Origin: Wolbachia endosymbiont of Cimex lectularius
GTDB taxonomy: Bacteria > Pseudomonadota > Alphaproteobacteria > Rickettsiales > Anaplasmataceae
Length of the DNA stretch: 32,000 nt
Direction of reading: 5' to 3'
Assembly: GCF_000829315.1 (NCBI RefSeq)
Contig: NZ_AP013028.1
Coordinates: forward strand, 300,001-332,000
The notes beneath the pieces were generated by a model. It did not search any database. It saw only the letters and a program-made list of their open reading frames with translations, and had not been told where the DNA came from. Each line of letters begins with the position of its first letter. Position 1 is the stretch's first letter. Below are positions 1-7,744 of the stretch, one piece after another. A program made the position numbers and the translations under genes.

Positions 1-413
1 GAGCGTTCAACAACCCATCTTTTTGGCAATACGACGAAAGTGTGTAACTCACTTCGCTTTATTACTTCAACAGTCGCACCAATGATAGCTTTTATTTGTG
101 TTGCAAAATTTTCTCCTGTGTAGCCAGCATCAACCAGTATGTTTTTAACTTCAGAGAGGTTTGCTTTAGCATTTTCGACCATTTTCACAGCACTGCTACG
201 GTCAGTTGCTTCTGCCGTTGTTACATAAATTGCATGTGGCAAACCTTGTGTATCAACTGCAATATGGCGCTTTATCCCTGAAATCTTTTTACCTGCATCA
301 TAGCCTTTTTTTTCAGCAGTATCTGCGTTTTTAACGCTTTGAGAATCAATTATACAAAAGCTAGTTTTCTCTTTCCGACCATTGCTGATACGGACCTCTC
401 CAACTAATTTTTT
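1..413 (-). CDS. IS5-family transposase OrfB (DDE catalytic part), partial at window edge
   Basis: By alignment to copy 2, this frame reads KKLVGEVRISNGRKEKTSFCIIDSQSVKNADTAEKKGYDAGKKISGIKRH...VDAGY without interruption (A8 at 306-313). It lies +1 relative to OrfA and is joined to it at an A8 tract (408-415). Confidence 0.7.
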
Positions 414-681
414 TTAAGACTAATTCCAACAAGCTTGGCTCTTCTCCACTCTTTTTACTCCACACTCGAAAATAGTAATATACGCTTTCCCATCTTGGAA
501 AACCCTTTGGTAACATCCTCCACTGACAACCACTTTTTAAGACGTACAACACCCCACAAAATACGTCATACAAATCAAGTTTTCTTGGTTTTGTTTTCTG
601 CTTGCTACTCTCCAAAATTGGCCTGATTTTTTCAAACTGCTCTTGACTTATATTACTTGGATAACTTTTCTGCATAGACAC
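361..681 (-). CDS. IS5-family transposase OrfA (N-terminal HTH part), 106 aa
   Basis: ORF MSMQKSYPSNISQEQFEKIRPILE...CGVLYVLKSGCQWRMLP is a typical IS5/IS4-superfamily N-terminal DNA-binding region. It is intact here, unlike copy 2. Confidence 0.85.
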   Translation of the reverse strand: MSMQKSYPSNISQEQFEKIRPILESSKQKTKPRKLDLYDVFCGVLYVLKSGCQWRMLPKGFPRWESVYYYFRVWSKKSGEEPSLLELVLKKISWRGPYQQWSEREN

Positions 682-759
682 CTCATTATTAATCTATGCT
701 TACTTTACCTCACATTTCCAAGATTTTAAACAGGTTCTAAGAAGCTTTTCGCACTATTA

Positions 760-1090
760 TCTTTATCCCAGCACCCTTTCTTCTTGTCATCCAAATAGCC
801 GACACTAGTTCCTTCGGACATTGTCATGCAAGTGCCCAGACACACAACTGTACGAACATTGCAATTAGCAGGTAATTTGCGTAACAGACGGTGTCATCCC
901 AGTGCTCCGACACTGGGATCCAGCCTTTCCATAATCATCAAAACGTCGTATTTTAACATAAAACAGCTACTTTTATACTCACCAACTTAATAAAATTCCT
1001 GGATGCCAGTGTCAGCTACTTGCATGACACCCTCCTAGTAGCACAATGTTCGTACAGTTGTGCGTCACACGCTGGAATGACACCCTTCAC
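760..1090. repeat. MITE-like composite palindromic repeat (R1)
   Basis: Inverted repeat CACACAACTGTACGAACATTG (841-861) / CAATGTTCGTACAGTTGTGCG (1044-1064). Hairpin ATCCCAGTG-ctccga-CACTGGGAT lies at about 896-919. The 110-bp core at 924-1033 matches 19041-19150 at 109/110. Hairpin GGTGTCA...TGACACC lies at about 1008-1031. Confidence 0.8.
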
Positions 1091-1097
1091 AGGCTTT

Positions 1098-1428
1098 TGA
1101 ATTGCTTTAGCTATAAATATTAAGAAATTTACCAAGCGAGAAAAAAAGCAAAAGAAACCCCGCTAGCTAGTTATTCACTATCTATCTTTTAAATTGGCGT
1201 TTTTTATTGTCTTAAACGCTTTAACAAGCGCATTTTAGCTTATATTAGGTAAAAACCTTGAAAGTTTATAAAGACATGAGGTGCACATAGTGCAAAAAAT
1301 TAAACATAAGACGCCAAGTACATTGAGTTTTTTGTCGTTTTATCTGCACAGACTGAAGATAAATAATAGCTTCAGTCTCATTATAAAGGGGTTGGAGGAA
1401 CTTATCAAGTAGTTTTTTTGTTTCTATT
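1098..1428 (-). repeat. Promoter-bearing intergenic cassette, copy A (candidate sRNA / mobile promoter unit)
   Basis: On the minus strand: A-run, -35 TTGATA (1403-1408), 17-nt spacer, -10 TATAAT (1380-1385). A perfect 9-bp hairpin AGACTGAAG/CTTCAGTCT follows just downstream. The 3' box is ACGCCAATTT...GGGGTTTCTTTTGC + T7 (1141-1161), followed by the tail CTCGCTTGGTAAATTTCTTAATATTTATAGCTAAAGCAATTCA. Confidence 0.75.
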
Positions 1429-1537
1429 AGATGACATACGCTGCTAAAAGTTTGTTATATGGTTATGCAAAAGGTCTATTTACTCTGAGTATATTACATG
1501 TATACTTATTACTAAATTAAATTTGAAATGATAAGAA

Positions 1538-3367
1538 ATGAATGAATTTAAATCAATCCGTAATATTGCGATAATTGCACATGTTGACCACGGAAAAACT
1601 ACTTTACTCGATAACATGTTAAAACAAAGTGGCACGTTTCGTGAGAATCAAGAAGTTCAAGAACGAGTGATGGATAGTGGCGATCAAGAGCGTGAACGCG
1701 GAATTACAATACTTGCAAAATGTACGTCAATAATATGGGGCGATGAAAAAATCAACATTATTGATACACCGGGGCATGCGGACTTTGGTGGAGAAGTAGA
1801 AAGGGTGCTATGCATGGCAGATGGTGTGTTGCTGCTGGTTGACGCTGCAGAAGGTCCCATGCCACAGACTAAGTTTGTGCTGTCAAAAGCACTAAAAGCA
1901 GATTTGAAGCCGATTGTGATAATCAATAAGGTTGATCGGCCAGACAGCAGAATTGATGAAGTGTTGAACGAAATATATGAATTGTTTTTTAACCTTGATG
2001 CAACTAACGAGCAGCTTGATTTTCCAGTATTGTACGCTTCTGGTAGAAATGGCTGGTGTGTTAAAGAACTCTCTGACGAAAGAAAAGATTTAAGCCCATT
2101 ATTTTCAACGGTTATAGATTATATAAAACCATCTATTTACGACCAAAGTGCACCTTTTGCTATGCTGGTTACTTTACTTGAGTCTGATAAGTTTCTTGGC
2201 AGGATATTGACAGGGAAAGTTTACCAAGGAATCGCAAAAGTCAATTCAGACCTTAAGGTACTTAATCTTGATGGTAAAGTGGTTGAGCGTGGAAGACTGA
2301 CTAAGTTGCTCTCATTTTCTGGCTTAAAACGCATTCCAGTAGAGCAAGCTGTAGCGGGAGACATAATAGCAATTGCAGGGCTTGAGAAAGCTTCAGTTTC
2401 AGATACTATAGCGACGCCAGAGGTTACGACTGCAGTAAGCTCGACTCCGGTCGATCCGCCAACAATGGCAATTACTATAAGCGTTAATGATTCACCTTTT
2501 GCTGGGCAAGAGGGAACAAAGCTTACTTCCACTGTTATAAAGGACCGTTTATATGCAGAAGCAGAAACGAACGTTGCGATTACTGTGACTCCGACACCAA
2601 GTGGCGAGGCATTTGAAGTGAGTGGACGTGGTGAGCTACAGCTTGGAGTTTTAATTGAAAATATGAGAAGAGAAGGTTTTGAGCTTTCTGTTTCGCGTCC
2701 TCGTGTATTATTTAAAGAAGAAAACGGTAAAAAACTTGAACCTGTAGAAGAGGTGGTAATCGATGTAGATGACGAATACAGTGGAATCATCATGGAGAAA
2801 CTCAGCTTCCGAAAAGGTGAAGTGACCGATATGAGGCCTTCTAGTAATGGAAGAACAAGGTTAACATTTTTAGTGCCATCAAGGGGGTTAATCGGTTACC
2901 AAGGGGAGTTTTTAACTGATTCTCGCGGTACTGGTATCATCAACCGTTTATTTCACAGTTATGCTCCTCATAAAGGTCCAATTTCTGGAAGACGCAATAG
3001 AGTATTAATTTCCACTGATAAAGGTGAAGCTGTGGCGTATGCAATTTTTAATTTGCAAGACCGGGGAATTATGTTTATCAAGCCACAAGACAAAGTATAT
3101 TGTGGTATGATTGTTGGTCAGCACAACCGCAACAATGATTTGGAGATAAATGTACTCAAAGGTAAGCAGTTAACAAATGTAAGAGCTGCAGGTAGTGATG
3201 AAGCTATAAAACTTACTCCGCCAAAAATAATGACTTTGGAAGAGATGATAGCATATATAGATGATGATGAATTAGTTGAAGTAACTCCAAAGTCTATACG
3301 TTTACGCAAGAAATTTCTTGATCGAAATGAGCGTAAACGTGCAGGAAGGGCGAAGAATAAGGAGTAA
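1538..3367 (+). CDS. typA: Translational GTPase TypA/BipA
   Basis: 609 aa. N-terminus IRNIAIIAHVDHGKTTL, DTPGHADFGGEV and NKVDR GTPase motifs; full-length BipA architecture. Confidence 0.95.
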   Translation: MNEFKSIRNIAIIAHVDHGKTTLLDNMLKQSGTFRENQEVQERVMDSGDQERERGITILAKCTSIIWGDEKINIIDTPGHADFGGEVERVLCMADGVLLLVDAAEGPMPQTKFVLSKALKADLKPIVIINKVDRPDSRIDEVLNEIYELFFNLDATNEQLDFPVLYASGRNGWCVKELSDERKDLSPLFSTVIDYIKPSIYDQSAPFAMLVTLLESDKFLGRILTGKVYQGIAKVNSDLKVLNLDGKVVERGRLTKLLSFSGLKRIPVEQAVAGDIIAIAGLEKASVSDTIATPEVTTAVSSTPVDPPTMAITISVNDSPFAGQEGTKLTSTVIKDRLYAEAETNVAITVTPTPSGEAFEVSGRGELQLGVLIENMRREGFELSVSRPRVLFKEENGKKLEPVEEVVIDVDDEYSGIIMEKLSFRKGEVTDMRPSSNGRTRLTFLVPSRGLIGYQGEFLTDSRGTGIINRLFHSYAPHKGPISGRRNRVLISTDKGEAVAYAIFNLQDRGIMFIKPQDKVYCGMIVGQHNRNNDLEINVLKGKQLTNVRAAGSDEAIKLTPPKIMTLEEMIAYIDDDELVEVTPKSIRLRKKFLDRNERKRAGRAKNKE

Positions 3368-3374
3368 TCAGAAG

Positions 3375-3403
3375 TTGAATATCTGCAAAAAATAGTGTAT
3401 AAT
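3375..3403 (+). promoter_or_regulatory. Sigma70-type promoter upstream of the Rpn-like gene
   Basis: TTGAAT (3375-3380), 17-nt spacer, TATAAT (3398-3403), 28 nt upstream of the ATG at 3431. Confidence 0.55.
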
Positions 3404-3430
3404 TATCAATGATTTTTAAGTAAATCTCTT

Positions 3431-4327
3431 ATGGTTTTGTCAAAGTTTCTAGATCCAAAAAACAACTATGCCTTTAGGCGTATCTTTGGTACTGAGAAAA
3501 ATAAAGATATTCTCATTCATTTTCTAAATGATATTTTAGGTCGCATCGGTGAAGCTAAAATAAAGGATGTAACCTTTCTTAGTCCCATTCAAAACCCTGA
3601 TATTGTTGCCAAAAAGGAAAGTATTGTCGACGTATTATGTAGAGACTCTACAGGTGTTCAAACAATTGTTGAGATGCAGGTCGCTAGGACCAGTGGCTTT
3701 GAAAAACGCGCCCAATACTATGCTGCTAAAGCCTATTCAAACCAAGCTGACGTAGGTGCCCGATATCAAGACCTTAAAGGAGTTATCTTTATTGCCATCA
3801 CTGATTTTGTTCTATTTCCTAATAAACCAGAGTACAAATCTGATCACGTTACTCTTGATCAGAAAACCTTCGAACATGACCTGGAGGATTTTAGTTTTAC
3901 TTTCATAGAACTACCAAAATTCCCAAAAACAAAAGAGGATCAACTAGAAAGCATAGTTGAAAAATGGTGTTATTTTTTCAGATATGCAAATGAGACTAGT
4001 GACGAGGATTTGAGAAAAATAGTAGGAAATGATGAGATTATCGGCAGGGCTTATGACGAGTTGAACCAATACAACTGGAGTGAAGAAGAGCGTTTTACGT
4101 ATAATCAAGATAAGAAACGTGAAGATGACAATTTATCCTGCCTTAACCAAAAATTTGATGAAGGTATGGAGAAAGGTATGGAGAAAGGTATGGAGAAAGG
4201 TATGGAGAAAGGAAAAATTGAAGTTGCAAGAAACCTACTTAAGGCTAGCATCTCTATTGATATTATCTCTCAAACAACTGGCCTTCCCAAAGCTGAAATT
4301 AAACAACTTCAGGAAGAAATCACCTAA
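3431..4327 (+). CDS. Rpn-family PD-(D/E)XK nuclease / putative transposase (YhgA/Transposase_31-like)
   Basis: 298 aa. N-terminus FLDPKNNYAFRRIFG...FLNDIL, nuclease core IVDVLCRD...VEMQV, and a C-terminal EG-repeat followed by ARNLL, all typical of this family. Confidence 0.8.
   Translation: MVLSKFLDPKNNYAFRRIFGTEKNKDILIHFLNDILGRIGEAKIKDVTFLSPIQNPDIVAKKESIVDVLCRDSTGVQTIVEMQVARTSGFEKRAQYYAAKAYSNQADVGARYQDLKGVIFIAITDFVLFPNKPEYKSDHVTLDQKTFEHDLEDFSFTFIELPKFPKTKEDQLESIVEKWCYFFRYANETSDEDLRKIVGNDEIIGRAYDELNQYNWSEEERFTYNQDKKREDDNLSCLNQKFDEGMEKGMEKGMEKGMEKGKIEVARNLLKASISIDIISQTTGLPKAEIKQLQEEIT
4163..4210 (+). repeat. Perfect 12-bp tandem repeat (GGTATGGAGAAA x4) inside the Rpn-like CDS
   Basis: Four exact units, read directly, encoding (GMEK)x4. 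The repeat is in frame, so copy-number change keeps the ORF open. Confidence 0.95.
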
Positions 4328-4334
4328 AGGCCTA

Positions 4335-5351
4335 ATGATCGACAAAGAAGTTGTAAGAGAGAGCTTAAAAAAAGTCATAGAGCAAAAAAGTGGTAAAAAT
4401 GTAATCGCTCTTGGCATAATATCCTCAATTGTTATTAAGGGCAGAGATGTTGGTTTTGCACTTGAGATTTCTGGTAACACACAAGCAAATGAAGAATTAA
4501 GAAGAAATTGTGAAAAGGCTGTTAAAGCTATACCAGAAGTAGGGAAAGTGACAGTGGTTGCTACTGGTCAGAAGCAAGCTGAACAACAAAGAGCTAAACT
4601 ACATATCAAGGGAGTGAAGAATATAATTGTTGTTGCCTCTGGTAAAGGAGGTGTGGGTAAATCTACGGTTGCACTAAATCTCGCCCTTTCACTGGCAAAA
4701 TTAAAGCGCAAAGTTGCACTAGTTGATGCAGATATATATGGTCCTTCGATTCCCAAAATGCTTGGTGCTGAGGAATTAAAGCCAAAGATACATGATGGCA
4801 AAGCAATGCCTATAGAGAAGCATGAGTTGCATACTATTTCAATCGGCTATTTTATCGATAAAGATCGTGCAGCAATATGGCGTGGACCTATGATCACGAA
4901 AGCACTTTACAATTTGCTAATGGGAACGAGATGGTCCGATATAGAGTACTTGATAGTTGATACGCCACCTGGAACCGGTGATGTACATTTAAGTCTGATG
5001 GAGAATTTTAACTTAACCGGGGCGATAATAGTCTCAACTCCACAGGAGCTTGCTTTAATCGAAGCTTATAAAATTTACGATATGTTTACAAAGCTTGGAG
5101 TGCCGATTATTGGCATCGTGGAAAATATGAGCTATTTTACTCAAGACAACTCAAAAATATATATATTTGGAAAAGATGGCGCAAAAAAAATGTCTGAAGA
5201 GTTAGGAATCAAACTTCTGGGCAGAGTTCCTTTAGATCCACAAATATGCCATGCTTCTGATTGTGGAAATCCTTTAATGCTAAATGAAGGTTTAGCAGGG
5301 ATTTATGAAGACATTGCTAAGGATGTTGAGTCTTTTTTAAATAGTCTGTAA
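4335..5351 (+). CDS. mrp: Mrp/ApbC-type iron-sulfur cluster carrier ATPase
   Basis: Deviant Walker A VASGKGGVGKST and a MIP18-like N-terminal domain. Start moved to the ATG at 4335, because the tracked ORF start at 4080 overlaps the Rpn-like gene in a repeat-derived frame. Confidence 0.9.
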   Translation: MIDKEVVRESLKKVIEQKSGKNVIALGIISSIVIKGRDVGFALEISGNTQANEELRRNCEKAVKAIPEVGKVTVVATGQKQAEQQRAKLHIKGVKNIIVVASGKGGVGKSTVALNLALSLAKLKRKVALVDADIYGPSIPKMLGAEELKPKIHDGKAMPIEKHELHTISIGYFIDKDRAAIWRGPMITKALYNLLMGTRWSDIEYLIVDTPPGTGDVHLSLMENFNLTGAIIVSTPQELALIEAYKIYDMFTKLGVPIIGIVENMSYFTQDNSKIYIFGKDGAKKMSEELGIKLLGRVPLDPQICHASDCGNPLMLNEGLAGIYEDIAKDVESFLNSL

Positions 5352-5401
5352 AGACTATTTAAACTATTTTTAAAACAGATAAAATGTAATTTCAGGGTTA
5401 G

Positions 5402-6556
5402 ATGAATTATGATGTAATCATTTCAGGTGGCGGGTTGCTTGGTCTTATTACTGCTATTGGCCTAAGTAATGACTCTGTGTCTGTAGCTGTGATTGAGAAA
5501 AATAGCTTACCGCGCGTAATTGATGATAATCGAGCATTTGCTATTTCTCAGGGGTCAAAAAAAATACTGGAAAAATTAGGGATTTGGCAGTTCATAGAGA
5601 GCGAAGCTGAACCAATACTTGATATATGCATACTAGATGGAAATAGTCCGGTTACTGTGCATTATGATCATAAAATGGTCGGTGAAGAGCCAATGGGCTA
5701 TGTTATCAATAACGCTACCATATGGAGTGCAATCAATAATAATTTTTTGAATAAACTGAATATATACTCTCCGCATTCTTGTAAAACAATAGCTTGTGAT
5801 GCAGGATTTGTAGAAGTTACTCTTGACGATAATCGGCAATTAATATCATCGCTACTTATCTGCGCTGAAGGTAAAAACTCCAAACTATCGGAGTTATTTT
5901 CTATACCAGTAATAAAATTTGATTATAAGCAAAGTAGTATAGTATTTAATGTAGAACATGAACTGCACCACCGAAACTTAGCTGTGGAGCGGTTTTTTCC
6001 CGGTGGTCCATTTGCGATTCTGCCGATGAAGGGTGGTCATACTTCTTCGATAGTTTGGACAGAAAAATCTGAAATTTCAAAAATGCTGATGAGCCTATCT
6101 GAAGAGGAGTTTATCGCAGAACTCAAAAAAAGATTTGGCTCTTACTTGGGAAAAATAAAATTAGAGGGTGAAAGAAAATCTTATCCTTTAAGCTTTGCTT
6201 TTGCAAAAAAGCTGTATAAAGGCAGAGTTTTGCTTATTGGCGATGCGGCCCATTCGATTCATCCAGTTGCAGGACAGGGCCTTAATCTTGGAATTAGAGA
6301 CGTAGAAAGTGTTATAAGACACATAACTGCTGCAAAAGCGTCTGGTATTGACGTTAGCAGTAGTTATCTGCTGAAGAGAATTTCACACGATAGGTGCTTT
6401 GATAATTTTACCATGGCGCTTACAACTGATGGATTAAATAGGATATTTTCCAACAGAATATTCTGCGCTAAGGTACTGAGAAATCTTGGTTTAATGGTAG
6501 TTGAAAATTCAAGTTTCCTCAAAAAACACTTCATACGTCACGCTATGGGGTTATAG
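5402..6556 (+). CDS. ubiH: UbiH/UbiF/VisC/COQ6-family FAD-dependent ubiquinone-biosynthesis hydroxylase
   Basis: 384 aa. N-terminal GGGLLG dinucleotide fold and the GDAAHSIHPVAGQGLNLGIRD motif. Confidence 0.85.
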   Translation: MNYDVIISGGGLLGLITAIGLSNDSVSVAVIEKNSLPRVIDDNRAFAISQGSKKILEKLGIWQFIESEAEPILDICILDGNSPVTVHYDHKMVGEEPMGYVINNATIWSAINNNFLNKLNIYSPHSCKTIACDAGFVEVTLDDNRQLISSLLICAEGKNSKLSELFSIPVIKFDYKQSSIVFNVEHELHHRNLAVERFFPGGPFAILPMKGGHTSSIVWTEKSEISKMLMSLSEEEFIAELKKRFGSYLGKIKLEGERKSYPLSFAFAKKLYKGRVLLIGDAAHSIHPVAGQGLNLGIRDVESVIRHITAAKASGIDVSSSYLLKRISHDRCFDNFTMALTTDGLNRIFSNRIFCAKVLRNLGLMVVENSSFLKKHFIRHAMGL

Positions 6557-6870
6557 AAACAAAAAAAACTACTTGACAACCTTCACCAGTCCCCTTACAA
6601 TAGAATTGTGAGTGTTTTAAGCCTAAAATTTATCTTTAATCTTTGTATTAAATAACAAAAGCACAGTATAAAACAAGGCGTGTTATGTTTTATTTTTGCA
6701 GCATGGACACTGCATGTCTTTATAATTTTTTGTCTACATTAGCTGAGCCTCGCTTACTAAGCGGTGTAAAAGAGAACCGGACGCCAAGTTTTTGAGAGAA
6801 CAATAAACAACTCACGTTGCAGGGTTTCTTTTGTCTTTTTTTAAAATTAGTTAGAAATTTAATCAACCTT
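6555..6870 (+). repeat. Promoter-bearing intergenic cassette, copy B
   Basis: Starts at the ubiH stop codon: TAGAAACAAAAAAAACTAC. -35 TTGACA (6573-6578), 17-nt spacer, -10 TACAAT (6596-6601). 3' box ACGCCAAG (6781-)...GGGTTTCTTTTGTC + T7 (6822-6842). Confidence 0.75.
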
Positions 6871-6880
6871 GTTTTTTTTA

Positions 6881-7741
6881 GAACCTGTTTAAAATCTTGG
6901 AAATGTGAGGTAAAGTAAGCATAGATTAATAATGAGGTGTCTATGCAGAAAAGTTATCCAAGTAATATAAGTCAAGAGCAGTTTGAAAAAATCAGGCCAA
7001 TTTTGGAGAGTAGCAAGCAGAAAACAAAACCAAGAAAACTTGATTTGTATGACGTATTTTGTGGGGTGTTGTACGTCTTAAAAAGTGGTTGTCAGTGGAG
7101 GATGTTACCAAAGGGTTTTCCAAGATGGGAAAGCGTATATTACTATTTTTGAGTGTGGAGTAAAAAGAGTGGAGAAGAGCCAAGCTTGTTGGAATTAGTC
7201 TTAAAAAAAATTAGTTGGAGAGGTCCGTATCAGCAATGGTCGGAAAAAGAAAACTAGCTTTTGTATAATTGATTCTCAAAGCGTTAAAAACGCAGATACT
7301 GCTGAAAAAAAAAGGCTATGATGCAGGTAAAAAGATTTCAGGGATAAAGCGCCATATTGCAGTTGATACACAAGGTTTGCCACATGCAATTTATGTAACA
7401 ACGGCAGAAGCAACTGACCGTAGCAGTGCTGTGAAAATGGTCGAAAATGCTAAAGCAAACCTCTCTGAAGTTAAAAACATACTGGTTGATGCTGGCTACA
7501 CAGGAGAAAATTTTGCAACACAAATAAAAGCTATCATTGGTGCGACTGTTGAAGTAATAAAGCGAAGTGAGTTACACACTTTCGTCGTATTGCCAAAAAG
7601 ATGGGTTGTTGAACGCTCTTTTGCCTGGTTAGAAAAGTGCAGGCGATTGTGGAAAAATTGCGAGCGGAAGCTCAACACTAGCTTACAGATGATAGTCCTC
7701 TCCTTCATTTCTCTCCTGTTACGAAGATTTTAAACAGGTTC
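6881..7741 (+). mobile_element. IS5-family insertion sequence, copy 2 (complete ends, decayed transposase)
   Basis: 17-bp terminal inverted repeats GAACCTGTTTAAAATCT (6881-6897) and AGATTTTAAACAGGTTC (7725-7741). Flanked by a direct TTA duplication (6878-6880 and 7742-7744). 861 bp. Confidence 0.93.
6937..7733 (+). pseudogene. IS5-family transposase, inactivated (nonsense plus frameshift relative to copy 1)
   Basis: CGA to TGA at 7150-7152 truncates OrfA to 71 aa. A9 at 7304-7312 (A8 in copy 1) breaks the DDE frame right after DSQSVKNADTAEKK. There is also G to A at 7247. Confidence 0.85.
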
Positions 7742-7744
7742 TTA

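Larger units (their letters stand above)
1..737 (-). mobile_element. IS5-family insertion sequence, copy 1 (runs off the left window edge)
   Basis: Positions 1-737 are the reverse complement of 6881-7617, with only 3 differences. The terminal inverted repeat GAACCTGTTTAAAATCT is seen as AGATTTTAAACAGGTTC at 721-737. It resembles the OrfA/OrfB IS5-family element common in Wolbachia (ISWpi1-like; from memory, unverified). Confidence 0.9.

Noticed and set aside
1141-1161. Reading the cassette T7-9 runs as canonical rho-independent terminators.
   Set aside because: The GGGTTTCTTTTGC box before each T-run has no complementary upstream arm, so there is no GC-rich stem. A transcript-end function remains a hypothesis, not an annotation.
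1684-3309. Antisense ORFs inside typA (1684-1926, 2221-2793, 3118-3309). Similar shadow ORFs lie inside mrp, ubiH, dnaK, rne, purB, dacA, the 793-aa ORF and the cca-like gene.
   Set aside because: Each lies wholly within and opposite to a strongly supported conserved CDS. They have low-complexity, Ser/Ile/Phe-rich translations and no RBS, which is typical of frame shadows in AT-rich DNA.
4163-4210. A possible CRISPR-like or regulatory repeat array.
   Set aside because: The units are contiguous 12-mers with no spacers and sit in frame inside a CDS, so this is a coding VNTR. No CRISPR array was seen anywhere in the window.
4080-4334. N-terminal extension of the mrp ORF (tracked start at 4080), including VWRK x4.
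   Set aside because: It overlaps the Rpn-like CDS in another frame, and the VWRK repeat is just the 12-bp VNTR read out of frame. The Mrp homology begins at MIDKEVVRESL (ATG 4335).
1-7741. Composite transposon formed by the two IS copies.
   Set aside because: Copy 2 has its own matching TTA duplication on both flanks, so it was a simple insertion. The enclosed genes are core housekeeping genes. Kept only as a possible inversion substrate.
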